Assembly (NCBI GenBank): GCA_036172245.1 | Contig: JAYWIR010000108.1 | Coordinates: 62,001-126,000 of the forward strand | Direction: 5' to 3' | Length of the DNA: 64,000 bases | Source of the DNA: Raillietiella orientalis | Lineage: Eukaryota | Shown: in pieces, positions 22,076 to 33,930 of the stretch | Numbering within the stretch: position 1 is the stretch's first letter | Layout: each line of letters begins with the position of its first letter | Notes under the pieces: model-generated | Database searches by the model: none | What the model saw: only the letters and a program-made list of their open reading frames with translations | Told to the model about the DNA's origin: nothing | Translations under genes and position numbers: made by a program

Positions 22076-24068
22076 CAGCCGACCCCTGCGATAGTCTTGA
22101 TCTCCTGGACATCTGCCGCGGTGATCACGTATATCTACTACAGCAGGGCCAGGTCGAAATCACGCAGTGTGTAGGCCGTATCTCGTCTGTTGCCGTCGTC
22201 GCGCAACCCGTCGACGTTCCAGCTGGCCACGCGGATTCGACAAAGACAGGCAAGTCCAGGAGTTATTCCTGGGAAATTGGCTCGTAAGCGTCCGCCAACT
22301 TTGGGGCGGAACTCTAGGTGAAGGGGCTGTGTCACGCAGCGCTTCTCCCTTCCATATGGGAGCCTAATCGTCGTCAGGACCGTGCAAAGGAAGGAGGGGT
22401 TATAGCCACCTGCACTTCTTCCTCTATAAGGGTCGTCAGCTGCACGGTGTCGGGGAATGAGTGATTCCCGCCCTCGCCTCCCACGCTGCCGGCTTCCCTC
22501 TTCGGTTCCGGTTCATTTCCCTACTTCTTTGTTCGGATGCACTTTCTGGGAATCTGAGACTTGCGTCCCGTCTTTTCTGCTAGCGCTTGCGCTTAGGAGG
22601 ACGCACTTCCGCCATCCGGAACGGCATCACTTGCCTCCGGAGCCTTCCTTGCGGCCGGCCTTCGTAAGACATTCCACGAGATTTTCTCCCGGCCTTGCAG
22701 TTCAGCCGCGAGTTTTTGCACCGTTTACTCGAAGGCGTCCTCCTCGATCGCATCGAGCGCAGCACGCGGTTCCCTCTCTCTTCCCTCAGATGTTTCACCA
22801 TCGACCGTCGCTGCTCCGGCAGACGCGAGGGGTAGATTGCTCCCTCGGTGTCGGCATCGAGTGCCTTTACACGCTCTTTTTTCACCGAACATTTGCGTGG
22901 ATTCACGCAAAACAATTTTTTGTGCTGCGATTTTGTTTTCCCTTGGTTTCTTTCGAAAGTCCCGGGCTTTCTTCTTGGCTGCACAGTCTGCCAGCCTCCG
23001 CCGTCGCCAGCATCGTCAGAGTGCTCTCAACCAATGTTTGCTGGAAGGGTTCACGAACTGGAATCTGGCTTTTAACAGCCTGTTCTCTGTTATTCATCTG
23101 TTCTCACCGCTTTCACTTTGCCTTTTTCGCAGGGGGTTGGACCAGGATTTCTCTTGTTGGGCACACCTTTCGAATATGGCCCTTATTTCCACATAAGTGG
23201 CATTGGATGTTAGGGCATCGTATTTTTAAGTGTCTTGTGGCATCGCAATGACCACAATAGTTGATTTTTCCAACGTACCAAACATCGACTTTCTCTTCGC
23301 CGAGGTTTAGCTTGTGGGTAAGCCCACCATTCTATCGTAATGTGACGCGGGCGGCGTCCATGCCACTGAATAGTCTTCCGTACGTTCGGAAGGCATTGGG
23401 TTTGGCCCAATACGCGTGCACTCTACCATGTTTTGACAACTCCTTATGGACGCTGGTTTTGTCTATTCGGAGTGATACGCCCGTGAGGTGGACCACTACG
23501 GAGCGGTCCTCCTTCACAGGGAAGATCCTGCGGCCGTCAATCGTAATTGGGGTGTCGAGTAGGCGCTGCGACAGACTTTCCTCTCTGCAAGTCAGCTCAA
23601 CTCGCTGCCCCCCACTAAGGAGGAAGAGGCCCGCAATGTCTTTCTCCCTTACATTCATTCTTTGCAGCTCCATCTCAAAGGAACGTGCAATTTTCTCTTC
23701 AAATACATTGCCCACCTTATTGATTAGCGAAGGTTTGTAGCCGCTGTCCTTGTAGGCAGTCTGTCCTGCAGCTGCAGCCCGGATGTTCTAGCAACGACGG
23801 CACTCCAACACCTCGCCGCTGGCAAAGAGGGTCGCGAAGAAGCGGTTGTCCCCGTTTCCGACGGAACAAGTGCTCCGTATTCCGTATGGGCGGATGCTCT
23901 TACTTTCATGGCTGGAAGAGCGCAAGCTGCCTTTCCTTTCTCAGTTTCCATCGCAATGTCCTTAGGCGTTTCTGCCATGGGACACCAGCGCTCTCACACG
24001 CCATACAAACTTCCCAAACCCTAAGCACTATATAGACCGTTGAGCGATGCCAAACCACTTCCACTCCC
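22076..24068 (-). mobile_element. Subfamily B3, decayed 5' UTR-ORF1-start of APE
   Basis: MAETPKD start 23978; VHLTGVSLR, CGHCDATRHLKIRC; ASWNVDG. Confidence 0.85.
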
Positions 24069-24200
24069 TTAGAGGACACGAGGAAATGTGAATCCTAAGT
24101 GTACTGAATGTGATGATCGAGAATCCCTCCCGCACATTTTAGTTACTGTGTTGCCCTCCGGTTCCTGTGGGAACGTTTCGGTACCACCATAGGGTTCTTG
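24069..24200 (+). mobile_element. Remnant of ORF2 C-terminal Zn-finger region
   Basis: TRGNVNPKCTECDDRESLPHIL...CVALRFLWERFG. Confidence 0.7.
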
Positions 24201-24840
24201 GAAGGTAGCCATTCCGGAAGAGAAACGCGACTCCGCACGTGTGCGCGGAGCCTTGCCGCCAGTGTAGCGTCACGCCCACGCGCTTTTCCTCATCCGATGC
24301 CTGCCGTTCGGAGATGGTATGTATCTCTTGGAGCAGCACCAGATCAAAAGCGCGCAAGGCGTTGGCTACCGTCCGCTTTTTGTCAGCGTTGCGCAGACCC
24401 TTGACGTTCCAACAGGTCACACTGACACGACGAGGTGACTCGAGTTCACGCATTACTGCTGCGGACATGACAGCGTACTATTTGCCCCGTCCGGCGAGAA
24501 GTCAGCAGGAGCACAGAGGATTGGGAAACGGAATCGCTTGCGTTCAAAGCCACATCGCACCCAGCTGAGTCCTGGGAGCCGTGAATCATCATCTCGGGCT
24601 CCAAGCATGGGCCGGAAGCGTCTCTGGCAACAGGCTCGTGCTTGCGCATTTTAGACCGGCGCACTTCCGCGTTACTCAGGAATGCACGCTCTGTTTCTTT
24701 GCAATCGGACCCCACTCGGACTCCGAATGCCTAACACGAGACTGGCGTTTCGCTTGTCTCTTTTTGTTTTGGCCGGTGGAAGCTTGCCCTGCACGCGCGC
24801 CAATCGCCGAAGATCATCTTGGAGTAGCAGAGTGTAGCAA
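24201..24840 (-). mobile_element. D/F-group fragment, ORF1 end and APE start
   Basis: TAATG overlap; TCWNVKG..LQEIH; distal boundary uncertain. Confidence 0.75.
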
Positions 24841-27800
24841 TGTACCTATTGCTGACCAAGTACACTGCTTTGTTTTAACAATATGTCTGCACATGAAGGA
24901 GGACGTATGATTTCCATGCGGGACATTTTACACGTAGCCAACGTGACGATATTGTCATTATCTATCGTGGGAAATCGGGAAAAGCAATTACAAAGCCCTA
25001 GAAATAACACTGATTTTTCTTTGAAAACTCTGGATATTGTGATAATGGCAAGCGACAGGGTTTGCAGAAAGGTCAACGGTAAACTGCAGCATAGTGAGTA
25101 GACGAGACTCGTTGCTTGGAGAAATAAATGATTGCCGGATCCAGCTGCTATTTTATGTGTTTCGAACGAAGTTCTGTTACGCAAGATAGGGCTCAGGAGA
25201 TTCTTTCTGCAACATGTGTTTTCAAGAAGAAAATTTCAAGATGCGTAGAAAGAATAATGCGAGCATTTCATCCTTATATTCGACCTCGTCTCTTAATGAT
25301 CGAGTCACGAAGTGAGAATTCCTATTGTATCTTTTTCCAGCTGTAAATAACTACCATTCAAAAACATTCAAAGTAATGGTCAGAACGTTTTTATTCTTAA
25401 AAGCTCATTCTACAGAAGAATCTTCAGAGGTAGCGTTGAAGACCTTCCGAGCAATTATAGGTGGAGATCTGATTGTAACTGTGAAACGGCTTCCTCTAAG
25501 AGTGGACCAACTACACCTCAACTTGCTAGGAGCAACTCCATAATGGAATCCAGGCTCTAACCTTCAGTATATTCAAGGATAAACACGAAATTAGAGCATA
25601 CATTAAAACCAATAGACAAATCAATCAATAGTTCATAAGCACGTTCATTCAAAAGTGCGCGTTTTCGATATCAAGAACAACTGAAAATCCGGAAATCCGC
25701 AAACAGATTACAAAAATACCGAAAACTTTAAAAACACACATTATAAGGTGTACAAACGTTAACAAATTAGGTCAAAGTGAGGTTATACTATAATGTACTA
25801 AGTTACACTAATATTACGCTAAGTTATACTACGATTATAGAAAGATACGAAAAAAAGAGTACGTCCACGAATACCAAAGGACACAGAAACTTGCTTGGAA
25901 TATACAGACACTCGAAAATCTTTTTGAGGAGAGCTAAAAACTACAGAAAAACAAACGGAAATCAGCACTCAAACTTTCTCAACTAGTGCCAATATACAAA
26001 CATGGAGTCAGCACAAGTAACACATACCTCCAAGTTAAACCTCCTACCGTCAGATAACAGCTTCCACTGAATTCCGTTAAAAAGAAACTAAATTCCACAC
26101 TAGTTAGGGGATTCAATGACTGAAATGCTAATAAGATCAGTGCGTATGAGAAATCAGCTTACAAATAAAGACACAGAGCAAACACCACGACCCAACGTGG
26201 AACGTGAATTAGTCAGAGCTATCTCGCATGCTCCTGCACGGTTGGTAAAAAAAGAAACACAAGGTCCGCGTTCATCTTCGAAGCCCACTACTCCTGAGAG
26301 AGCCCTATCCTGAGCAGCAGTAAACTTTCCTATGTCAGAAGAATCGGAAGCACTTTCCTTGAAGCATAAAAATCCAGGAATCACCTACGAAAAACAAACA
26401 GTGAGTGATTTTGGTAAAGTATGCGAAACGTCAAATGCGGAGGAAAAAATTTAGCAGCAATAAGCAAGCAGTTTGAGAAACGTGAAACGAGGGCATTCTA
26501 GATGATCGCAATGCTTGATATCACGGCGAGTAGTGGACGCAACTTGGTGAAGAGCACTTCCACAAGCCACACGACTCCACAAAGAAATACGTGACTTTTC
26601 CGTTGAGCGTCCTCCATACAAGTGGTAACATCCAATGGGCATTACGTTGAAAATCACATCTGACATGAGAAAGCCAAAAACATTGCGGGGATGACGACGG
26701 AATTAGAAAGCAACCACGAAGAAAAAATACACGGAAGCCTGCATTTGAAAACGAAACAACAGACAAAAGCAATGTGACAAAGAATGCGCGAAAACTTGGA
26801 AAGGGAGGACAAAACTTTTACTTTACAAGTAGGCAGACTCAGCATCCGCACGCAAGTGCTCTTCGATGGATGGACGCATGCCAAGCGCGCACGTGACTCT
26901 CTGAAGGTCGCAGCAAACGTTCTCCGGATCCGCGACTCCGCATCCAAATTTATTCCGGTCATCTCCAGAACCCATCGGTAACCAGCAGGGTTGGCTGCCG
27001 TAGAAGCGCACATGGTTAGAAAAGAAACACTGCACACCAAGGAAGATTCCCGAAAGAGTAATTCGACCATGTCTGAACTTCGCAGAAGACGTAATAGCAG
27101 CGCATACGCCATGTGAAGTTCCAAAGCAGCAATCACTTCTTCAGAGGGTACCACGGAGCCCATGTCTATCGAGAAACTCGGCACAAATTGAAAAAATTCT
27201 GTTCTGCGGCGCGATGAACGGAAGTGGAGACGAAGTTTCGTTTCGACGGTAGCAACGCGCAAGCCCCAGGAGAAAACAGACCACATTCTTCCGCAGTCGG
27301 CATGCGAACTAACGGAGGGCCAAAGAAGCGTAGCGCTTCTCTTAGTTGCGCGATGAAAGTAGACTGCGCGACGCCGGATAAAAGAAGTTGCACGCAAGAA
27401 GAGGAAAAGCGGTCCGACTAGAGATGCAATAGCTCTTTCTACTAATGCTGCTTACGATGGTTAACAAGACGCGCCACAGCATGCTGCTGCCTTCCATAAC
27501 TTCACACAGGACGAGTAATTTCTTGAGCGCTGCATTCAGCAGAGGCGCGGATTTTCTGCAGCATTTATACCGAATTACGCACATTTCCAACCAATAGCAG
27601 CCATGGTCAACACTTGGAACGACAGGAGTCAAATGTGTCGAAGACACATGGTTCTGGATTGCCTCGCATCGTGGTATCGGTGATGCATTCCTAAAGGATT
27701 GCCAGCTGCAGGAACCTTAGCTGCAAATCAGACGAGCGAAGTCTCCACGAATCTGCGCTACAAAGATTCGTTTACGATTATCGGCAAAACGCCGTGAGAA

Positions 27801-28200
27801 GGCACAGATCACTGCAGCCTCCCGATCCGCCCGGCAAAACGGCAAAGAAACTCATGCAGCCAAGGGAGATTTATTTCAACATATGCTGTTTCCACAGTAG
27901 CTACTAACAAGAAATACCTACATATCAAGTGACGCAAAACGAATGATCTGCGTGTCGTAGAAAAAGGACCTCGCAGCTTGATATCGAAAACTACATGTCC
28001 ACAGGAACAAAGGAAGTTGAAAGGCCACAAAAAGCATTTAGAGGTCGCCGCCGTTTTTTTGATCCTTGGGTCTGCGTTGCTCTAATGTTGCTTGTCAGCT
28101 GAGAGGTGCACGAGTGAGGCATTCCTCGAACAGACACATACTATCAGACTGTCGCAACGCTTCCAAAACCAACCTCCCAAACAAGTCCACTTTGCTATTC
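24841..28200. other. AT-richer non-element island of unknown function
   Basis: No retroelement motifs; very A-rich at 25.55-26.1 kb. Confidence 0.6.
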
Positions 28201-29758
28201 GGAATACTCGCCTCCAGCCAGATTTGGTGCAAGAACGCAAAATCTGCCGGCAAAGTAGGACATCTAGTCCGAAACTGCCCGCAGCCGGAGGTGTGCTCCT
28301 CCTGCAAGAAACACGGACATGCCAAATGGAGCTGTTCGGAGTTTGCAAACTGCAGAAGGATTCGAGGTCTCTCTCCCGTGAGAGAGAGAAACACCAAGGA
28401 GGCGGAACAGCCTCAGAAGGCAGGAAGGCCGATAAAGGTGAAAGAAGCCGTACCGGAATCGGAAGACGGCTTCATACAGGTAGGGAAGAAAGGAAAGAGG
28501 AGGATGCTCGTCAAGGAGCAAGAAACCCCTCTTACCCTACAAGGTGAAGAGCAAGAAGGCGAGAAGATGGAGGTAGCGCAGGAAGGCGCGGAAGAAGAAA
28601 TAGCCGAAGCCACTCCGGTGTCGCAGGAGGCCCTGCAATCTACGGAGGAGTTGGCATCACTGGCTAATGAAGTCTTAGAGGTGCAGAGCGGTCCCCAGCA
28701 AGAGAAAATCTTGCAGAAGATCTGCAATGCACAGGAGAAGGTCAACCAGGTTGTGAAGGTCACCGAGCGCGAAAAGCTAGAGAAACAGCTTCTCGACGTA
28801 AAGGCAAACTTCTGCGCCAAGTTCCAGCTAGAGACGCTATCTCAAAAACCGATCGCGCCGGCCGAACACTCGACGGAGGAGGCGGAAGTAACCGACCTCA
28901 CTGGAACAGAGAGTGACGCCGGCAGCGAGAAGCCCGCTGCTTCTTCATTGTCTGGAAGAGCACGCTCTCTCAGACAGAAGAAGCTCAGGAAGGCCAAAAA
29001 ATAGGTCTTCCCCTTTTATGGCCTCTTCCCTATCGACCGCCAGGAGGATGAACATCGCCTCCTGGAATGTAAACGGTATGGTCGACCAGGGAAAAAGAAA
29101 AAGGATTGTGCGGACCATCGCACAACAAGACATAGTGTGCCTGCATTAGACCCACAAGATGGGTCTCGAGATTAGTCAGCAAATGGAACGGCGATTCAAC
29201 GGGCAGATTTTCGTCAGCGAGGGAGAACTAAACACGCAGGATGTGGCGGTCCTAATCAAGAACAACTTGGCCCTCACTATTCTGGAAGTGTTCTGTCCCC
29301 AACCCGGACGAATCATCTGCGTGCGACTGGCCTGGTCCGCTACTGTTCACCTCATCCTGGTGAACGTGTACGGGCCGCACAGGCTGAAACATCGTTGTGC
29401 GGAGGCGCTGCATGCAGCACTCCGTGAAAAGGTTGCTTCAAAGGACGTCGTGATTGTTGCTGGCGATCTCAACATATTGGATGAGATCACTCACTCCGAA
29501 AACGCCAGAGGAAGGACGGCGTATCGGCGGTTATCCGACGAGTTCGGACTGGAGTGGCGAACTGCAAGTCACAAGTCGATCGATCACGTCCTGCACAGCA
29601 CCGAACTTGGGAATCGCATCCAGGGTTTTCGAGACATTATGACCACGGTGTCTGATCACCCCCTGGTGCGGTTTTCCCTGAGAACGGAAAATCCTCGGCG
29701 GAGGCAAGGCACCAGGGCGGCGCTCATCAGCATGCCCGCCTGGTTCGAAACCCATCCC
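28200..29758 (+). mobile_element. Divergent subfamily J, 3' part of ORF1 and APE
   Basis: GHLVRNC, CSSCKKHGHAKWSC; IASWNVNG, NVYGP, AGDLN, IDH, SDH. Confidence 0.85.
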
Positions 29759-30546
29759 AGCCTTGCTCCAAGTGGTGACGATCCCGCTTAGGCAGCACAA
29801 AGCTGCTAACAAGGCCGCTGGCCGAAGGACGTCGGCAACGAAGAGGGCTTTCAGTGCGTCCCTGGGGTTGCCGCAAAGGATTTCGATGGCCGCGGCAGAG
29901 CGAAACCTAACGGACCAAAGGGCAACACAATCAACTAGCAGATGGGGGACGGACTCCCGTTCCCCATACCTGAAGCAATTGGGGTCCACCGCTTTCCAGG
30001 TCCAGTAATGTCGGCGGGCGTTGCAGAGGAGTTCCCAGTGCTGCAACAGCAGAGCCGACTCCTGCCATTTTAAGGGGAGGGCGGAAGTGTTCATGAGCAC
30101 CGGGGGCCACTTCAGATGTTCAATGGGAACATCGAGCAGCGCGCCCCAGCGCAGAAGTCCATTGGGAGGCGTACTCGGGGTCGCAGCGTCTGTTAACTGG
30201 CCCGTCTTTCACTCTCCTATCTTCTTCTGCTTTCCGGAGATTGTTACTCTAACCACCCACTTCGCCGCAACATCGCTGTCCAGATCTTTCATCAGGGAGG
30301 GCAGCGCAATAGCGAGGGGGGTTCTTCCTGCCCACGCTTAATTCTTTGGATCCTCCAGGATCTCGCGGAGCGTGGGACTTCTGTAACCCCCAAACAGGAA
30401 CCTTCGTTCCTGTTGGGAGCGTTGCATGCCGAACTGTCCCCACGTTCGAACGGTTTCCTGCAATCAGGCACTACCGTTAAACGGGCGACAGGTGTGCAAT
30501 CCTAGGTTTTTTGATACAGCGCAACCACCCTCCGTAGCTAAAGTCC

Positions 30547-33192
30547 TCATCGGTTGACGTGGCGACGGAGTGCAAGAAACGACGTCAGTCCCGTCTTGCC
30601 GGTGGCTTGCTGGAGAAGGAGACGTGCAGGGACGCACCAACAGGTGCACCACAACTCTGCAACGAGTGCCGACAAGCGGAACTGGAGCTGAAGCTCCAGG
30701 CGCTCAAGCGTCAGGGGGCCCAGACCACCATCCCGACGAGGAGCGCACAAGTCCTTTAAGAGGACTCGGGCCCTCACGTTGCCCCAAAGCGCGATACAAA
30801 GGAGGTCCTTTGTCTGCTTTTCAATCCTCTCTGTGGGGGGGCAAACAAAAAGCAGGGGGCGGAGGAGAGGAGCCGCGAACGTGTTCCAAACCGCGGCCCG
30901 TTCAGGCAGGAAAAACCTGCCGCCTCGGAACGGGCCGATCGCCGTCTCTACTTTTTGAAGGCAGCCGGACCACGCTTCCGCAGGGGAGTAGTCCCCCAAC
31001 GGCACACCAAGGTACTTGAAGTACCTCACCGTGGGGATCCCCAAACGGACCCAGTCCTGCTGCCCTGACCGCGCCGCACCAACTGGCATCACGGACGGCT
31101 TCGCCCTGTTCACCGTAATTCCGGTACCCCGATGCAGCAGGTCGAAGAACTCCTCGACCGCCGCAGCCGGAATGGACATAGAGAGCAGCAGCAGAAGGTC
31201 GTCCGCGTATGCTGAAACGGCCGGCGTACCAGCACACTCGTGCGGCAGGTGCGCCAGAGTTCCCCTGTACGCTCTCAGTACCAACTCAAAGTAGGTACTG
31301 AACAGCAAGGGGCTCAGGCTGTCTCCCTGCCGGGTCCCACGCCGCACCGGCACGCCGTGCACGTTCTGCCTGCTGAAAGTAACATTGATGAGCGCGTCGC
31401 GCCAGCAGGAGCGCAGATAGGCCAATAAAGAGACCGGGAAGCCCAAGCGTTCCAGAAGCTCCAGAAGGAGATTCTGGTCGATGCAATCGAATGCTTTTCG
31501 CAAGTCGATTGCGACCGCAAGGGCTCCCTCCCTCACCCGACCATCCAACCCCTTGCCGGCGCACGCACCGGAATTCCGGCTGCGCACCAAGCTCCTTTCA
31601 TGTTGGAGCTCTAGCCAGGTGGAAGCGAGGAAAAGGTTTGCCTCCATGCTTCGCCCTGGAACAGCATATGTCTGTTCCGGGCTGATGAAGATTTTGGCAA
31701 CACGTCCCAGACGCTCTTGCCAAACCTTAGCCACCAACTTGGCGTCCGCATTCACTATTGTAATGGGACGCCAGTTGTTCATGCTCCTCAGATCTCCTTT
31801 CTTAAAGAGGAGCCGCAGCTTTGCCGAACGAAACGAGGCGGGAACGTCACCTGTTTCGCGTATCAGCAAGGTGAGTTGCTGTACCAGGGGGGTAAGCTCA
31901 GCCGCAAAAGTTTGATAAAACTCCGAGGGCAGGCCGTTTTTTTCTGGAGCCTTTCGCCTCTTGAGCTTTCCGATGGGATAGAGGTTCTCGTCCATCGTGA
32001 AGGGGTCGTCGACGGTCTTTCTCTGCTCCTCCCCTATCGCTGGAACGCCTTCGGGAAGCAGGAGTCGTGAGACGTTCCTCTCCGGAGGTGCCCTGGCATA
32101 CAGGGAGGAGTAGTAACTCCGCAGCAGGCCGCGGATTTGGGCAGGTGCCGAGTGCTCGTGGCCCTGATCGTCCAGTAAGCTGGCCAATCCGTACTGCCAG
32201 GCTTGCCTCTCGGCTCCCGCTTTGTATTCCGATAGCCTGCGGATGTCGGGGGTCCTGGCGTAACGACGGGCCTGCAGGTAGGCTCGTTCGTTACGGACCC
32301 CGGTCCCAAAACCCGTGGGTAGGCGGTGCAGAGGGAACTGGTCGCAGAACTCCTGGACCGACCGCTTGAAGCGGTCCGAATCCTGGAGTGTCCGCAGACT
32401 GAAGCTCCGTATGAACGTGCGAAGATGTTCCGCCGCGTCCGGGAGCTTCAACCAGTCCCCTGGGAGACGCCACGCTGACGAGGGGGGGCCCCTGTCGCGC
32501 GGATGGATCTCGAGGACTAGTGGGTGATGGTCGGACAGCTCGCACGGTAACCTGCCGCGCCTGCCCACGCGAGGGCACAGGTACTCGTCAAGAAACACGT
32601 ATTCAATGCTCTCTTCCATCCCCGGTGCACTGGCCAACAGATTACATGTGTGCACCGCCATGCACACCTCGTTGACCAGGCCACGCTCGTGATTCTGCTC
32701 ATCTGGTTTCAGGCGAACGTTGAAATCGCCTGCAACCAGATGGGAATTCCGCACGCCTGCTTCGGTCAGGCAGTCTCGTCGGAGGGCAAGGAAAAACACT
32801 TTCGTCGCCCTCCTGTTTATCAGGTCGTTGCCGCTCGGTGCGTACACGTTCGTGACGATCAGATCGATTGAGTCGGACCACCTGAGAGTCAGCTGGACGA
32901 CACGTCGGTGATCGTCGAACCGCACGCCCCGAGCCGCGGCCTCGACGGCTGGCCGAAGCAGGTAGGCGACACCGCAACTTTTCGCTATCCCACAGCTGTA
33001 CCATAGCCTCCCTCCGGAGATCCGTTCGACCTCTTGCGCTTGTTCTGCAGAGATCACGTGGATCTCCTGCAGCAGCGCAAGGTCCTTGGACTCCAGTAGT
33101 GCGGCCCTGTCTTGTCTCCTTTTGGCGTCTGTCATGCCGTTCACGTTCCAAACGGCGATGCGCAGACGACGGCGGGAGGAGATTCCCGGCAT
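30547..33192 (-). CDS. ORF2 APE + RT, 881 aa open (longest intact ORF; downstream C-terminus frameshifted)
   Basis: WNVNG, LQE, YAP, AGDFN, SDH, DLRKAFD, RQGDSLSP, YADD, KYLG all in one frame. Confidence 0.93.
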   Translation of the reverse strand: MPGISSRRRLRIAVWNVNGMTDAKRRQDRAALLESKDLALLQEIHVISAEQAQEVERISGGRLWYSCGIAKSCGVAYLLRPAVEAAARGVRFDDHRRVVQLTLRWSDSIDLIVTNVYAPSGNDLINRRATKVFFLALRRDCLTEAGVRNSHLVAGDFNVRLKPDEQNHERGLVNEVCMAVHTCNLLASAPGMEESIEYVFLDEYLCPRVGRRGRLPCELSDHHPLVLEIHPRDRGPPSSAWRLPGDWLKLPDAAEHLRTFIRSFSLRTLQDSDRFKRSVQEFCDQFPLHRLPTGFGTGVRNERAYLQARRYARTPDIRRLSEYKAGAERQAWQYGLASLLDDQGHEHSAPAQIRGLLRSYYSSLYARAPPERNVSRLLLPEGVPAIGEEQRKTVDDPFTMDENLYPIGKLKRRKAPEKNGLPSEFYQTFAAELTPLVQQLTLLIRETGDVPASFRSAKLRLLFKKGDLRSMNNWRPITIVNADAKLVAKVWQERLGRVAKIFISPEQTYAVPGRSMEANLFLASTWLELQHERSLVRSRNSGACAGKGLDGRVREGALAVAIDLRKAFDCIDQNLLLELLERLGFPVSLLAYLRSCWRDALINVTFSRQNVHGVPVRRGTRQGDSLSPLLFSTYFELVLRAYRGTLAHLPHECAGTPAVSAYADDLLLLLSMSIPAAAVEEFFDLLHRGTGITVNRAKPSVMPVGAARSGQQDWVRLGIPTVRYFKYLGVPLGDYSPAEAWSGCLQKVETAIGPFRGGRFFLPERAAVWNTFAAPLLRPLLFVCPPTERIEKQTKDLLCIALWGNVRARVLLKDLCAPRRDGGLGPLTLERLELQLQFRLSALVAELWCTCWCVPARLLLQQATGKTGLTSFLALRRHVNR

Positions 33193-33728
33193 TACTGCTG
33201 GGAAGATTAAGGTGTGGGGGAGCCCTCCTCTTGCGAGGCGGGAGGGATGTCCATGGGGGTTCCGGCCTTCTCAGGCACCTGAGGCACCTGTTCGGCCTCC
33301 ACCCCCTCCATCCTCTCCGTGCCCGTGCGTGGGAGTCTCTCGGGCGACGGGTCCCGAGAATTTCCCACGCTCATGGCACCCTCGCTTGCGGAAGCCATGT
33401 CTTCCTCTTCGACGGGAGAGACGAGCTTAGGTACTGTCTTTGGGTCAGCTCTGCATGTTTGCAGATGACCTCAACGTACTGACCCCCGCTGCGGATGGTC
33501 ATAGCGCTGAGCTCCTCCTCTTTCACATCGAGAGCGCGCATGAACTTCGAGAAGCCGCGCGCGCTCTCTAAAGAATATAAATTGCCTACGTTGTAGAACA
33601 TAAGGGGTTGTACCCCTCCTCTACATAGGCCGACAATTCCGCCGCGGCTGCAGGCGATGGCGCCGACACAACGGCGCTCCACGCACGCGCTGCAGCGGGG
33701 ACCGATTCTGTGGGGGCGGACGCCCCAC

Positions 33729-33811
33729 CTCCATCGCCTCTGGGGGCGACGTTGCCGCCGCCCTCTGGCTCTCCATCGCCTCTGGGGGCGGCGTTGCCGC
33801 TGCCCCCTGGC
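33729..33811 (-). repeat. 2 x 42-bp tandem repeat in ORF1 N-terminus
   Basis: Encodes QGAAATPPPEAMES / QRAAATSPPEAMEV. Confidence 0.85.
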
Positions 33812-33930
33812 CATCCCTGGTCGTCGCGTCAGGCATCGCTGCCCGATCGACCACCGAACCACACGACGCTTGCACTGGGGGAGACTTCCTGGCACGAGGA
33901 GCACCGAGAAAACACGTCCACCCTAGAGCG

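Larger units (their letters stand above)
29759..33930 (-). mobile_element. Subfamily H, 5'-intact element with ORF1 internal deletion (near 33430) and 3' end lost
   Basis: 5' GGACGTGTTTT at 33919; ORF2 from 33192. Confidence 0.9.

Noticed and set aside
26654..27397. 247-aa ORF as a host gene
   Set aside because: No recognisable domain, no ATG start; left unannotated.
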